Shown in pieces: positions 49,040 through 59,748 of a stretch of 64,000 nt of DNA. The notes beneath the pieces are model-generated. The model saw nothing but the letters and a program-made list of their open reading frames with translations. It had not been told where the DNA came from and searched no databases. The stretch is from Opitutia bacterium (GTDB taxonomy: Bacteria > Verrucomicrobiota > Verrucomicrobiia > Opitutales > T3Sed10-336), in contig JBJHCF010000001.1 in the NCBI GenBank assembly GCA_050506795.1, positions 128,001-192,000 on the forward strand. The letters are read 5' to 3'. The translations under genes were made by a program, and so were the position numbers. The first letter of the stretch is position 1. Every line of letters begins with the position of its first letter.

Positions 49040-49537
49040 CTAATGTCTTTTCACCTGTTTTTCTCGTCTGATCAAACGTCGAACGGCGTCCAGGGCGGCG
49101 TCGAGATTGGCCGAGGCCACCGGTGAAAGCTGCTCTTCCCATCCAAAGCGTTCGCCGGGAATGGTGATCAGGGTGGCCGGCGGCGCCGTGCCGTTGACTT
49201 GCCGGGCCAGGGAGAGGATGCGCGAAGGATTGAAGTGGTGAGTCGTTGCGTCGCCGCCTTCAACCGGTTGCGAAACAGGCAGCCGGGTCTCCATTCGGCG
49301 TCCGGTTTCGGGGGTGGCGTCCACAAAGACCACGTGCTGTTTGTCGCTCAGCTCGGCGGCCACCTCCGGATTGAGTTGCCGCAGCGAAAGGGTTTTTACC
49401 CCATCCAGACGCCAGGACTCCACTTCGTCCGCCAGGCGGCGACCGGCGCCGTCGTCGCCGCGCAATTCGTTCCCGTAACCGATGATAAGGATGTCGCGGT
49501 CGGATTGTCGGGAAGAACTATTCTCTGGTCCGTTCAT
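49040..49537 (-). CDS. hoxW: hydrogenase maturation protease
   Basis: [22 protein letters not shown]; directly follows hoxH. Confidence 0.9.
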   Translation of the reverse strand: MNGPENSSSRQSDRDILIIGYGNELRGDDGAGRRLADEVESWRLDGVKTLSLRQLNPEVAAELSDKQHVVFVDATPETGRRMETRLPVSQPVEGGDATTHHFNPSRILSLARQVNGTAPPATLITIPGERFGWEEQLSPVASANLDAALDAVRRLIRREKQVKRH

Positions 49538-50954
49538 CCAGCTTCTCTCCTTTCGGTCCGAATAGAATCACTTGCAAGGGCATCTGTCCGAAAGCGTGGG
49601 TGGAACAGCTTAAACAAGGGTCGAAGGCGCGTACGCCCGCCTCGATACGATTGAGAAACCCTTCCGGGATCTCCCGGTTGCGGATGTAGTGACGGGCGGC
49701 CTGCAGGACGGTTCGGTTCATGGCCAGATTATTCTGGCCGGTGGCGATGATCAGATTGACCTTGAGGATGAGACCGTGCTCGTCGACCTGGTAATCGTGA
49801 AAGAGGGTTCCCCGGGGGGCTTCGCTCACGCCCACACCGCTGGTCCTGTTGATTCCCGCCTCGGCGCGGACGCGGCTGGAGAGCAGGTCCGGATCGTCCA
49901 AAAGGAGCGCGGCCGTTTCCACGGATGCGATGATCTCCACCAGGCGGGCGTAATGGTAGAAGAACGACGAGGTAACGGGTTTCTCGCCGGCGGTTTGGCG
50001 AAACTTCCGACGCGCCTGTTCCGCCAGCGGAGTCGGCATGCGTTCGCAGATATTGAGTCGGGCCAGCGGTCCGACGCGATAGGCTCCGTTCGGGTAGCCG
50101 TGTTCTTTGTAGTAAGGGAATTTTAAATACGACCAGGGTTCGACCGCTTCGCCTATCAGTGTGCGATATTCGCGCGGGTCCACCTTATCCGCGATGATGG
50201 CGCCCTCGGCATCCATAACGCGGAGCACGCCGTCGTAGTGTTCCCATCCCCCGTCCCGGGTGACCAGTCCGAGAAACAGGCTGGGGAAGTTTCCCAATGC
50301 ATCGGCTTCCTCTGAGAAACGGCCGGAGATCTTCTGGAAGAGCTCCAACGCCTCTTCCGCGATGCGCATGGCTTCGGGAAGGCGCGCTTTCAGGCGATCG
50401 CGACCTTCTTCGCCCAGAGGCGCCCGGACTCCACCGGGAACCGCCCAACTCGGGTGGATCTTTTTTCCCCCGAGCGCTTCGATGACTTCCTGACCGAATT
50501 GACGCAAGCGGATGCCGTCCCGGGCGATCTTCGGCTCGGCGGCCATTAGGCCGAACACGTTGCGCTTGGCGGGATCGCTGTCCATGCCCAGCAGGAGATC
50601 CGGGGCGCTCAGATGGAAAAAGCTCAAGGCGTGGGATTGGATGATCTGACCGAGATTCATCAACCGGCGCAGTTTGTCGGCCGCCGGGGGAATCGCTACG
50701 GCCAGGATGTCGTCACCGGCCTTGGCTGACGCCAGCAGGTGGCTGACCGGACAAATTCCACAGATGCGACCGGTGATTCCCGGCATTTCCCACAAAGGAC
50801 GTCCTTCGCAGAATTTCTCGAAGCCCCGGAATTCGGTCACATGAAAACGGGCGTCGGCCACTTGCCCGTCGTCATCGAGATGCAACGTGATCCTGGCGTG
50901 ACCCTCCAGCCGGGTCACCGGGTCGATGGTCACGATTCTGCCTTTTTTCGTCAT
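49518..50954 (-). CDS. hoxH: bidirectional [NiFe] hydrogenase large subunit
   Basis: [32 protein letters not shown] followed by a cleavable tail. Confidence 0.96.
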   Translation of the reverse strand: MTKKGRIVTIDPVTRLEGHARITLHLDDDGQVADARFHVTEFRGFEKFCEGRPLWEMPGITGRICGICPVSHLLASAKAGDDILAVAIPPAADKLRRLMNLGQIIQSHALSFFHLSAPDLLLGMDSDPAKRNVFGLMAAEPKIARDGIRLRQFGQEVIEALGGKKIHPSWAVPGGVRAPLGEEGRDRLKARLPEAMRIAEEALELFQKISGRFSEEADALGNFPSLFLGLVTRDGGWEHYDGVLRVMDAEGAIIADKVDPREYRTLIGEAVEPWSYLKFPYYKEHGYPNGAYRVGPLARLNICERMPTPLAEQARRKFRQTAGEKPVTSSFFYHYARLVEIIASVETAALLLDDPDLLSSRVRAEAGINRTSGVGVSEAPRGTLFHDYQVDEHGLILKVNLIIATGQNNLAMNRTVLQAARHYIRNREIPEGFLNRIEAGVRAFDPCLSCSTHAFGQMPLQVILFGPKGEKLDERTRE

Positions 50955-51487
50955 TCGGTTTCCTTCTCTCCTCCCAAAGCGTTTAGCAGCAACTCACGAA
51001 TGGCGGCGGGGGAGGGCGGGCAGCCGCGGAGGTAGGCGTCGACCTTGACCACCTGGTGCAGCGGAAGCACCCGGGGAAGCAGTTCGGGCACCACCGGATG
51101 CTCCCGGGGAATGCCGGGCCGGGTGTCCGCTTCCTCCACGTAGGCGCGTTTCAAAAACGTCTCCGGGCCTCCGAGCGGATTGCGCAGGGCGGTGACATTG
51201 CCGGTGACCGCGCAATCGCCGAAGGCCACCAGGATTTTGCTTCGGGCGCGCACTTTGCGAATGAGTTCCAGATTGTCCTCGTTCGCGACCGCCCCCTCCA
51301 CCAGGACGGCGTCCACGTTCTCCGGGTATTCCTTGACGTCGGCGATGGGGCTGAAAACCACATCCGCTATTTCCGCCAGGTCGAAGAGCCATTCGTCCAG
51401 GTCGAGGAACGACATGTGGCACCCCGAACAGCCGGCGAGCCATACGGTGGCGATACGAGGCCGGAAGTGTTTTTCTTTGCGACTCAT
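50951..51487 (-). CDS. hoxY: bidirectional hydrogenase small subunit
   Basis: [20 protein letters not shown]. Confidence 0.95.
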   Translation of the reverse strand: MSRKEKHFRPRIATVWLAGCSGCHMSFLDLDEWLFDLAEIADVVFSPIADVKEYPENVDAVLVEGAVANEDNLELIRKVRARSKILVAFGDCAVTGNVTALRNPLGGPETFLKRAYVEEADTRPGIPREHPVVPELLPRVLPLHQVVKVDAYLRGCPPSPAAIRELLLNALGGEKETE

Positions 51488-52200
51488 GGAGACCACTCCT
51501 TTCTCGCCCGGGCGGCGGAGATGAAACGGATGCGGTCACTGCGGTGCTCCATTTCGCCAACCGTGGATCCCTGTTTGAAGATGGCTCCGGTCGGGCACGC
51601 TTCGGCGCATTTGCCGCACGAGGTGCAACTCAGGGCGTCGCCCCAGGGTTGATTCAGGTCGGTGATGACCCGGGCGTTGGTTCCCCGCCCGGCCAAATCC
51701 CAGGTGTGCGCGCCCTCCAGTTCGTCGCAGGCGCGAATGCAGCGGGTGCATAGAATACAGCGATTGTGGTCGACCCCAAAGCGGGCGTGGGTGATGTCGA
51801 CCGGAAGGTCCGGATGCTGATAGGGAAGCCGAACATGGTCCATGCCCGCCTCGCGGGCCCGGTCCTGCAGTTCGCAGTGCCCGTTGGCCACGCACACCGG
51901 GCAAACATGGTTTCGCTCCGCAAAAAACAGTTCCAGGATCATCCTTCGGTAGCGACGGAGGCGATCCGTGTCGGTGGAAACCTCCATGCCCTCGTCCGCC
52001 GCGGTAACACAGGCCGGCTGCAGCCGGGGGCTGCCTTTGACCTCGACCAGGCAGAGGCGGCAAGCTCCGACAGTCGACAGGCCCTCAAGCGCGCACAGAG
52101 TCGGAATCCCGATGCCGTTTTCGCGCGCCGCTTCCAGCACGGTGGCTCCGGGCGACGCACTGACCAACTCTCCGTTAATTGTGAGGGTCGTAACCTTCAT
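51484..52200 (-). CDS. hoxU: diaphorase Fe-S subunit
   Basis: IPTLC, GACRLC, HVCPVC..C, CILCTRC, CTSCGKC..CPTG. Confidence 0.95.
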   Translation of the reverse strand: MKVTTLTINGELVSASPGATVLEAARENGIGIPTLCALEGLSTVGACRLCLVEVKGSPRLQPACVTAADEGMEVSTDTDRLRRYRRMILELFFAERNHVCPVCVANGHCELQDRAREAGMDHVRLPYQHPDLPVDITHARFGVDHNRCILCTRCIRACDELEGAHTWDLAGRGTNARVITDLNQPWGDALSCTSCGKCAEACPTGAIFKQGSTVGEMEHRSDRIRFISAARARKEWSP

Positions 52201-53828
52201 GTCAGGGTCACTTCTTTCTGGAGCAGTTCCTCGTATTCATGGCGGAAAAATCGGAGCGTGCTGAGAACCGGATTGGGAGCGGTCTGGCCCAATCCGCAGA
52301 GACTGGTGAATTTAACCACGTCGCACAGTTCCTCCAGCAGGGCCAGGTCGTCGGCGGTGGCCCGGCGGTCGCGAATTTTCTCCAGCAGACCGTGCATCTG
52401 CACGGTGCCGGCCCGGCAGGGGAGGCACTTGCCGCAGGATTCGTCCATACAAAATTGCATGAAGAAGCGCGCCACATCGACCATGTTATTGGAGTCATCC
52501 ATGACGATCATCCCGCCCGACCCCATGATGGATCCCAGCTCGGCCAAGGACTCGTAATCGACCGGAGTATCCAGGTGCCGGGCCGGAATGCACCCGCCGG
52601 AGGGTCCGCCGGTCTGCACGGCTTTGACCTGGCCGTCGGGATCGCCGCCGCCGATTTCCTCCACGATTTCCCGCAGAGTGATTCCCATGGGAACTTCGAT
52701 CAGGCCGGTGTTGGCGATTTTTCCCGCCAGCGCAAAAACTTTGGTACCTTTGCTCTTGTCCGTTCCCACCGACGCGAACCACTCGGCGCCCCGCCGAAGG
52801 ATGGGGGCGATATTGGCGAACGTCTCCACGTTGTTGATCAGAGTGGAATGTCCCCACAGGCCGTGTTCCGCCGGATAGGGCGGACGCGGGCTCGGATTGC
52901 CCCGGCGACCTTCGATGGAGGCCATGAGAGCCGTTTCCTCACCGCAAACAAAAGCTCCGGCCCCGATGCGCAGGTCGACGTTGAAATCGAATGGGGCCTC
53001 GAAGATGCGACTGCCCAGCACCCCCAGGCGCCGGGCGGTGCGGATCGCGGTTTGCAGCCGGTTGATCGCCAACGGATATTCGCCGCGAATGTAAATATAC
53101 CCCTCCGAGGCGCCGACCGCGTAAGCGGCGATGGCCATGCCTTCGAGCACGCGGTGCGGATCGCTTTCCAGAACACTCCGATCCATGAAAGCCCCCGGGT
53201 CGCCTTCATCCGCGTTACAGACGATGTATTTCTTTTCGGAAAGCGCCTTGGCCACCAACGACCACTTGATTCCGGTCGGAAATCCGGCCCCGCCCCGGCC
53301 GCGCAGTCCGCTTTGGGTGATGGTTTTGACGACCTCTTCCGGAGTCATGTCCCGCAACACCTTGTGCAGGGCGAGGTAGCCGTCGGCCTCGATATAAGAC
53401 TCGATCCGTTCCGGATCCACCACACCGCAGTTTTCCAGGACGATCGGCCTTTGCCGGGTGAAAAATGGATGGGAAAGGTCGACCGTGGGCAGCTTGGCTG
53501 CTTCGCCTTCTCCGGCGGCCCGGATCAGAACCGGCGCCTGGGAAGGTTTAACTTTTTCGTAGAGGCGAGCTCCGTCTGCGACCGGACGACCGTCGGACGT
53601 ATTCTCCACCCGGACCAGTGGGCCGCGGGAGCAAAGCTTCATGCAGCCGACCGCGCGCACTTCAACCTTTTCCGAGGTTCCGGAAGCGGAGAGTTCCTCG
53701 CGCAAACCTTCCAGGACGTCGCTTCCGCCGGCGGAAAGGCATCCGGCGGCGGTGCAACAGGAAACACAAACCGGTTTGCGGGCGCCACGTTCCTTCTCGG
53801 CGATAGCCTGGAGTTCACTCTTGTCCAT
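52197..53828 (-). CDS. hoxF: diaphorase NAD/FMN-binding subunit
   Basis: N-terminal 2Fe-2S thioredoxin-like domain; [33 protein letters not shown]. Confidence 0.95.
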   Translation of the reverse strand: MDKSELQAIAEKERGARKPVCVSCCTAAGCLSAGGSDVLEGLREELSASGTSEKVEVRAVGCMKLCSRGPLVRVENTSDGRPVADGARLYEKVKPSQAPVLIRAAGEGEAAKLPTVDLSHPFFTRQRPIVLENCGVVDPERIESYIEADGYLALHKVLRDMTPEEVVKTITQSGLRGRGGAGFPTGIKWSLVAKALSEKKYIVCNADEGDPGAFMDRSVLESDPHRVLEGMAIAAYAVGASEGYIYIRGEYPLAINRLQTAIRTARRLGVLGSRIFEAPFDFNVDLRIGAGAFVCGEETALMASIEGRRGNPSPRPPYPAEHGLWGHSTLINNVETFANIAPILRRGAEWFASVGTDKSKGTKVFALAGKIANTGLIEVPMGITLREIVEEIGGGDPDGQVKAVQTGGPSGGCIPARHLDTPVDYESLAELGSIMGSGGMIVMDDSNNMVDVARFFMQFCMDESCGKCLPCRAGTVQMHGLLEKIRDRRATADDLALLEELCDVVKFTSLCGLGQTAPNPVLSTLRFFRHEYEELLQKEVTLT

Positions 53829-54357
53829 CTTCGGCCTCCCAGCTTTCCAGTTTTTTCAATGCATCCTCCGGTGATTGTTGTCCGGCAACTTCCCCGTCAT
53901 ACACCACCGCCGGCGCGATGCCGCAGGCGCCGAGGCAACGTGCGGTGGACAGGGTCAGGCTTCCGTCCTCGGCCGTGACGCCGTCCTTGAGGCCTGTTTT
54001 TTCCTCCATTGCCATCAGAATCTCTCCCGAGCCCTTAACGTAGCAGGCGGTGCCCATGCAGATGGTGCAGGAGTGCCGGCCGCGCGGCTCGAGAGTGAAA
54101 AAATGATAGAACGTCGCGACGCCATAAACGCGGCTGGGAGGAAGTTTGAGGGCGTGTGCCACGTAAAGGAGGACATCGCTGTTGAGGTATCCGAACAGTC
54201 CCTGGGCGCTGTGCAAAACTTCGATCAGGGCATCCGGCTGATAGCGAAGTTTTTTGAGTGACGTATCCAACATTCGGAATCGGTTATCCCCGCTCGGATG
54301 TTCCGATGATTCCCCGCGACCTTTGACCCGGGTCGCGGTGTTGGCTGTCGTTTTCAT
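53815..54357 (-). CDS. hoxE: diaphorase 2Fe-2S subunit
   Basis: [30 protein letters not shown]. Confidence 0.94.
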   Translation of the reverse strand: MKTTANTATRVKGRGESSEHPSGDNRFRMLDTSLKKLRYQPDALIEVLHSAQGLFGYLNSDVLLYVAHALKLPPSRVYGVATFYHFFTLEPRGRHSCTICMGTACYVKGSGEILMAMEEKTGLKDGVTAEDGSLTLSTARCLGACGIAPAVVYDGEVAGQQSPEDALKKLESWEAEDGQE

Positions 54358-54765
54358 AAGTCTGATCGACCCTGAAGGGGCCGGTGTTCAGGTTTGGGGC
54401 GGTGGAGCCGGGTGAACGAACGAAAGCATCCAAGACCCGGGTGTCGGAATCGACCGCCCCGGGAGGCGTTTTTCGACATTCGATCGAACAGACAACCGGA
54501 TCGGCCTCTTTGCGCCGTGGTCGAGACTCTGAGCTTCCCCTGTCGCCATGGTTCTCCTTTCGGTCGTTCCCTTGACTACGTGGATACTACCCAAACCATA
54601 CCCCGGCTGGCTCTGCGTCGCTTGCCGGAGACTTGGCATGAATTGTCCCCGGTCGTAGCGATTCGAAACCCGATGGTGGAAACGAAACGGCACTTCCCTG
54701 GCCGGAGCTGGTCGGCAGAGTGCGGTCCGCGTGTCTGAACTTGTACGACCGGGAAGGGGCGGAGT

Positions 54766-55512
54766 TTACTTGCCGCCTGATTTTCGCGGCGCCCGGCGGA
54801 CCAGGACGCGGGTGGTGTCGGCGGTCTTTTGCTTTTTCACTTCGAAGGAATCGATGGCGTCAAACAAATCGCTCAATTTGCGGAAACCATAGTTCCGGGA
54901 ATCAAACGAGCCCTGGTTGGCAATATGGGATCCGATCGGCCCCAGCGAGGCCCAGCCATCCTCATCCTCCACCGCTTCCACCGCACTGCGGAGGGTGTTC
55001 ATCAGTTTGGCGTCTTTTTTCAACTGCGCGCTGCCGGAGCGCTTTTCGGACGGAGAAGCCGCCGTCTTTTTTTCATCCTCCAGGTAGAGGAATCGCGTGC
55101 AGCTGTTGACGAAAGGCGAGGGTGCTTTGTTGCCGCCGAAACCGATGACCTGCTTGCCGTCGGCGCGCAGGCGTAAAATCAGAGGGGTGAAATCACAGTC
55201 GGAGGACACCAGGCAGAAGGTTCCGATATCCTTGGTGTAAAGCAGGTCCATGGCGTCGATCAGCAGCGCCATGTCACTGGCGTTTTTCCCTTTGATGATA
55301 TCGAAATGCTGAACTGGCTGGATGGCGTAATCGTGTAGGATCTTCTCCCAGCCGGCCAGGGCGGTCTTTTTCCAGTTGCCGTAGGCGCGGCGGATATTGA
55401 CCACTCCGTAGGAAGCGAGCTCGGCGATGATAAAGTCAATCTTCGCCGCCGGCGCGTTGTCGGCGTCGATAAGCAGGGCGATGTTTTCGTGCGACGGTGC
55501 GGGCGCGGTCAT
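54766..55512 (-). CDS. NYN (LabA/DUF88) domain protein with C-terminal OST-HTH/LOTUS domain
   Basis: IDADN, GKNASD..L.IDAMD, SSDCDF, DSRNYGFRKLSDL. Confidence 0.9.
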   Translation of the reverse strand: MTAPAPSHENIALLIDADNAPAAKIDFIIAELASYGVVNIRRAYGNWKKTALAGWEKILHDYAIQPVQHFDIIKGKNASDMALLIDAMDLLYTKDIGTFCLVSSDCDFTPLILRLRADGKQVIGFGGNKAPSPFVNSCTRFLYLEDEKKTAASPSEKRSGSAQLKKDAKLMNTLRSAVEAVEDEDGWASLGPIGSHIANQGSFDSRNYGFRKLSDLFDAIDSFEVKKQKTADTTRVLVRRAPRKSGGK

Positions 55513-55654
55513 TGGGTGCCACTCATGACACCGGGTCACGCGGGGTCAAGCGTGTACTGGGGCCGGTGCACGCCCGGCAGGGTGATTTTTACATTTCTGA
55601 CTGTCCGTCGCCGGCGGCGTGGTGTCTTTGTGCAACGTCTGATATGCCCTTGAG

Positions 55655-56121
55655 ATGAGATGGTCGATTCCTGTTTTCTGCACGGCGCTTGCCGGTGTGA
55701 TCAGCGCTGACGCAATGGCCGACACCTGGAGATTTGTTTTCCAACCCGGGACGGAGAGTGACGGCGTCACCGTTGTTTCGGTGGATACGGAATTTTCTGA
55801 TGGCGAACGGTTTGGATTTACGGGACCCGCGGTCCGGTCGACGGTGGGTCCGGGGGTGGTGACCAGCGCGGAGCCGTTCTTTTTTCATCTTTCGCTTCCT
55901 GAGGGGACGAGGCGATCAGCGACGACAGTCACTTCAGCACCTACGGCGGCGACCTGTTGGCGCGTTATGTGGTCGAGGGTATTCGGAAGCAGGTTCCCGG
56001 ACTCGCGGAACACCTGCGGACCGAATTGCCGCCTTTCGATCCGGACAATCCTCCGCCGCCGTCCGACTGGAACCTGACGCCCAGCCCGCCCGCGGAATTC
56101 GTCCGTCCTGCCGGGGACTAG
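55655..56121 (+). pseudogene. internally deleted, frameshifted rhamnogalacturonan acetylesterase (CE12, two-domain type)
   Basis: N-terminal signal plus ...EPFFFHLSLPEG (to 55906) joined out of frame to the C-terminus DEAISDDSHFSTYGGDLLARYVVEGIRK...FDPDNP...RPAGD* (55906-56121); the GDS and GHND catalytic blocks are absent. Confidence 0.8.
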
Positions 56122-56194
56122 GCTTTGGAATCTTTGCCAAACGGCTAAGTTGCCATTGGGTAACATTCCCGATTAACCTTCCCGTTCAACACTC

Positions 56195-57010
56195 ATGAAG
56201 TTCACAATCATCAATAGCTTTCTGCTGTTTTTTGTCATGGCATCATTCTCCGCTCAGGCCGACACATCGGAACGCCTGCCCAGGCTATACCTTATCGGTG
56301 ACTCCACCGTTCGGGTCGGAACCCCCGGACAGCGCGGGTGGGGGGAGGAATTCGAGCGTTACTTCGACACCGGGCGTATCGAAGTGATCAACCGGGCCAT
56401 CGGGGGCCGCAGCAGCCGAACGTTTCAGACGGAAGGTCGATGGGACGCCATATTGGAGGATCTGGCGCCGGGTGATTTTGTCATCATGCAGTTCGGCCAT
56501 AACGACGGAGGCCCCATCAACGACGACAGTCGCGCCCGCGGGACTCTGCGGGGCACGGGAGAAGAATCCGAAGAGATTGAGAATATGCTGACCGGCCTTC
56601 ATGAAGTGGTCCGTACCTACGGCTGGTATATGCGTAAGTACGTTCGTGATACGTTAGACAAAGGCGCCACTCCGATTGTCTGTTCCCCGGTGGCGCGAAA
56701 GATCTGGGAGGACGGAAAAATCGTGCGCGATCGTTACGGTCCCTGGGCAAGGGAGAGCGCCGAATCGGAAGGCGGATTGTTCGTCGACCTCAACGAAATC
56801 ATCGCCTTGCGCTACGAGGAGCTCGGACCGGAAAGTGTGGAGCCCTTTTTTGCCGACGAACGTACCCACACCTCGGCGGAAGGGGCGATTTTCAACGCTG
56901 AGTCCGTCATCCTCGGCCTGGGCGGGCTGGACCCGAATCCCCTGGAGGAGTACTTGTCCGAGGAAGGCCTGGGTCTGGCAACCGAAGCTCGGGGCGCCGT
57001 TCAGGGCTAG
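56195..57010 (+). CDS. rhamnogalacturonan acetylesterase (CE12, SGNH hydrolase)
   Basis: Signal peptide; IGDST, GWG, AIGGRSSRTF, QFGHND, DERTHT. Confidence 0.92.
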   Translation: MKFTIINSFLLFFVMASFSAQADTSERLPRLYLIGDSTVRVGTPGQRGWGEEFERYFDTGRIEVINRAIGGRSSRTFQTEGRWDAILEDLAPGDFVIMQFGHNDGGPINDDSRARGTLRGTGEESEEIENMLTGLHEVVRTYGWYMRKYVRDTLDKGATPIVCSPVARKIWEDGKIVRDRYGPWARESAESEGGLFVDLNEIIALRYEELGPESVEPFFADERTHTSAEGAIFNAESVILGLGGLDPNPLEEYLSEEGLGLATEARGAVQG

Positions 57011-57089
57011 GAGAAACAATGGCGTTGGAATTCTGTTTGCCATGGAAATTATCTTGATTACGCATGATTATGTAGTCATATAGTATCGC

Positions 57090-58064
57090 ATGAGTGAAAA
57101 CCAACCGTTGGAGCCGATCGACACCCGGCTGAAGAATTTACCGGTTCCCTTGTACGGGTCGGTCATGGGACTTACCGGTTTGGCGTTGGCGGTCGAACGC
57201 CTCGAGGAATTGCGTTTTGGGGGCAATCTGGGGATTTTGCTGCTGTATGGGGTCACAGGCTGGTTCCTCGTTTTGACTGGCGCCTACCTGGCGAAATGGA
57301 TCCGCTATCCCTCCGCGGTCGCGATCGAGTACCGGCATCCGGTGCGGATGAATTTTTTCCCGGCGATTTCGATATCCCTGTTGCTGCTGGCGATCGGTTA
57401 TCTCGATCATCAACCGTCCCTCTCCTCGATTCTGTGGCATGCGGGAACAGGCCTCCATTTGTTCTTCCTCCTGCGCACGTTTCGGGTTTGGTTTTTCCGC
57501 GGGCTGGAATTGCAGTCCTTCAATCCGGCCTGGTTTATACCGGTGGTGGGAACCATTCTGGTGCCGGTGGCCGGGGTGGCGCACGCGCCGGCTGAGGTCT
57601 CGTGGTTTTTCTTCAGCACTGGAATCGTGTTCTGGATTGCCATGCTGGGTATGACGCTTCAACGGGTAATCTTTCACCATGGCCTGCCCCCCAGGATGTT
57701 GCCCACGCTGTTTATCCTCATTGCTCCGCCCGCGGTGGGGTTTATCTCCTATCTTCGCCTGACCGGTGAGATCGATACCTTTGCCCGAATTCTCTACTTT
57801 AACGCGCTGTTTATGGTGCTCATGGTCCTGGTTTTTTCGGACCGCTTTGCCCGCCTCCCGTTTTTTATCTCCTGGTGGGCTTACACCTTTCCCATGGCGG
57901 CGGTGACGCTGGCCAGCTTTACCTATTTCCAGTTTTCCGGAGTTCAATTCTTCTTCTGGCTCGCCGTTTTCCTGCTGGGACTGTTGTCGTTGATCATCCT
58001 TGTGGTGGGTTGGTTTACGGGAAGGGCCGCCATGCGACGCGAACTCTGCGTTCCCGAGGGTTGA
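57090..58064 (+). CDS. SLAC1/TehA (TDT family) anion channel
   Basis: VMGLTG, HPVRMNFF, NPAWFIPVVG, PTLFILIAPP, WWAYTFP; 10 TM helices. Confidence 0.9.
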   Translation: MSENQPLEPIDTRLKNLPVPLYGSVMGLTGLALAVERLEELRFGGNLGILLLYGVTGWFLVLTGAYLAKWIRYPSAVAIEYRHPVRMNFFPAISISLLLLAIGYLDHQPSLSSILWHAGTGLHLFFLLRTFRVWFFRGLELQSFNPAWFIPVVGTILVPVAGVAHAPAEVSWFFFSTGIVFWIAMLGMTLQRVIFHHGLPPRMLPTLFILIAPPAVGFISYLRLTGEIDTFARILYFNALFMVLMVLVFSDRFARLPFFISWWAYTFPMAAVTLASFTYFQFSGVQFFFWLAVFLLGLLSLIILVVGWFTGRAAMRRELCVPEG

Positions 58065-58201
58065 GTCACCGAGACCGTCTCAAACGCGTGGTCTCAACCC
58101 TGTCCGGAGCCATGGATCGGCCTTGATTCGTTAAGTCAAAGGTGATTGGATAATCACTCCGGCATTTTGAGACCCTAACGCCAACGAAAGACGCAACCGC
58201 C

Positions 58202-59368
58202 ATGATGGAAAAAGCTTCGGAACCATACTCGAGACGGGAGTTTCTGCGACGCCTCTCGCTGGGAGCGGGAGCGGCGGCGCTTTTCCCCGCGGTGTCCTGC
58301 GCGACAAACCAGAACCAGAGTTACCGGAAGTACTTTGAGGATTGGCAGGAACGAGAGGCTCTGCCCGACGAGGAAAAGCTTGGGGTGGCGCTGGTGGGTT
58401 TGGGGAGTTACGCCACCTACCAACTGGCCCCGGCGTTGCAGCATACCAAGTGGTGCCGCTTGACCGGTATTGTGACCGGGACACCCGAAAAAAAGGAACA
58501 GTGGTATCGGCGTTACGGCATCACGGAGGAGCATGCGTACAGCTATGAAACCTATGATCGCATCGTGGACGACCCGGCGATCGACATCATTTACATTGTG
58601 CTGCCCAACAGCATGCACGCGGAGTACACGATTCGGGCGGCGCAGGCCGGCAAACACGTGATTTGTGAAAAACCGATGGCCACCTCGGTGGCCGACGCCG
58701 AAGCCATGGTGGCGGCTTGCCGGGAAAACGATCGCAAGCTTTCCATCGGGTACCGGCTGCATTATGAGCCGCATCATGAGAAGGTGATGCGATTGGGGAG
58801 GCAAGATGTGCTGGGACCGGTTCGGGAGATGCGGGGGGATTTCTCGTTCCGTATCGGCAGCAATCCGGACGTCTGGCGCTTGAACAGGGAACTGGCCGGC
58901 GGCGGCCCGTTGATGGATATCGGGGTTTACGTCGTGCAGGCCGCGCTGTACACGGTGGGAGAGCTTCCGGTGGCGGTGACGGCTCGAAAGGAAACAATTA
59001 ACGAGGAGCTGTTTTCGGAGGTTGAAGAATCGATCGAATGGGATCTCGAATTTCCCGGAGGACTGGTTGCCCACGGGGCCTCCAGCTATTCACGCGGCGG
59101 CAACAGCCATCGCGCCGAGGCGACCGACGGTTGGTTCGAGTTGCAGCCGGCCTACGGTTATTCCGGGGTAAGGGGACGCACATCCAGTGCCGATATGGAC
59201 TTTCCCCAGGTCAATCAGCAGGCCCTGCAGATGGACGCCTTTGCCGATCACATTTTGCACGGTGGCGAAAATCGGGTCCCGGGAGAGATGGGTTTGCGGG
59301 ACACAAAAATCCTCTACGCGATTTACGAAGCGGCGGAAACCGGGGAAAAGGTGGCGCTGGAGTTATAA
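58202..59368 (+). CDS. Tat-exported glucose-fructose-oxidoreductase-like Gfo/Idh/MocA protein (possible lipoprotein)
   Basis: SRREFL signal with VSC; VGLGSYA, LPNSMH, CEKPM, GGGPLMDIGVY. Confidence 0.92.
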   Translation: MMEKASEPYSRREFLRRLSLGAGAAALFPAVSCATNQNQSYRKYFEDWQEREALPDEEKLGVALVGLGSYATYQLAPALQHTKWCRLTGIVTGTPEKKEQWYRRYGITEEHAYSYETYDRIVDDPAIDIIYIVLPNSMHAEYTIRAAQAGKHVICEKPMATSVADAEAMVAACRENDRKLSIGYRLHYEPHHEKVMRLGRQDVLGPVREMRGDFSFRIGSNPDVWRLNRELAGGGPLMDIGVYVVQAALYTVGELPVAVTARKETINEELFSEVEESIEWDLEFPGGLVAHGASSYSRGGNSHRAEATDGWFELQPAYGYSGVRGRTSSADMDFPQVNQQALQMDAFADHILHGGENRVPGEMGLRDTKILYAIYEAAETGEKVALEL

Positions 59369-59388
59369 GCGCCTGAATCGCCCGTTGG

Positions 59389-59664
59389 TTATCGGCGTTT
59401 TCGGGTCAGGAGACCCACCACGATCACAAACGCGACGGAGCCGATGATCGACCAGATGACCGGAAACGCGTTTCCACCGATCTGAATATTGAGCAATTCC
59501 GGTAATCCGAGCTGAGAACTCATCCAGGATCCGAGCAGGGCGCCGATAAATCCGACGACCACCGAAACCAGAATGCCGCCGAGGGAAAAGCCGGCAATCG
59601 CTTGCCCGATGGCGCCACAGACGCCGGCGATAAGAAGAAGCAGCAATAATTCCAGGAAGTTCAT
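59389..59664 (-). CDS. GlsB/YeaQ/YmgE (transglycosylase-associated) membrane protein
   Basis: 91 aa, three TM helices, VVGFIGALLG and WSIIGS motifs. Confidence 0.87.
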   Translation of the reverse strand: MNFLELLLLLLIAGVCGAIGQAIAGFSLGGILVSVVVGFIGALLGSWMSSQLGLPELLNIQIGGNAFPVIWSIIGSVAFVIVVGLLTRKRR

Positions 59665-59748
59665 GACCTGAAGGTTAAGGCGAACGGGATGAACTGTAAA
59701 CCGGTTTTCCCGGTTTAGCGGGTCGGAAACGTTCGGAGGGTTGTGGTT

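Noticed and set aside
54358..54765. FNR, Rex or sigma54 sites upstream of hoxE
   Set aside because: No convincing consensus match found by eye.
54766..55512. NYN/LabA-family gene as a Kai clock output component
   Set aside because: About 16 kb from the kai operon, and it has the widespread NYN+LOTUS architecture; nothing links it to kaiBC.
58058..58100. GGGTTGAG...CTCAACCC hairpin after the SLAC1 gene
   Set aside because: No U-tract and a long irregular loop; cannot be called a terminator or repeat with confidence.
59695..59710. LacI-like site TGTAAACCGGTTTTCC
   Set aside because: Single imperfect site upstream of a non-sugar gene; no regulator nearby.
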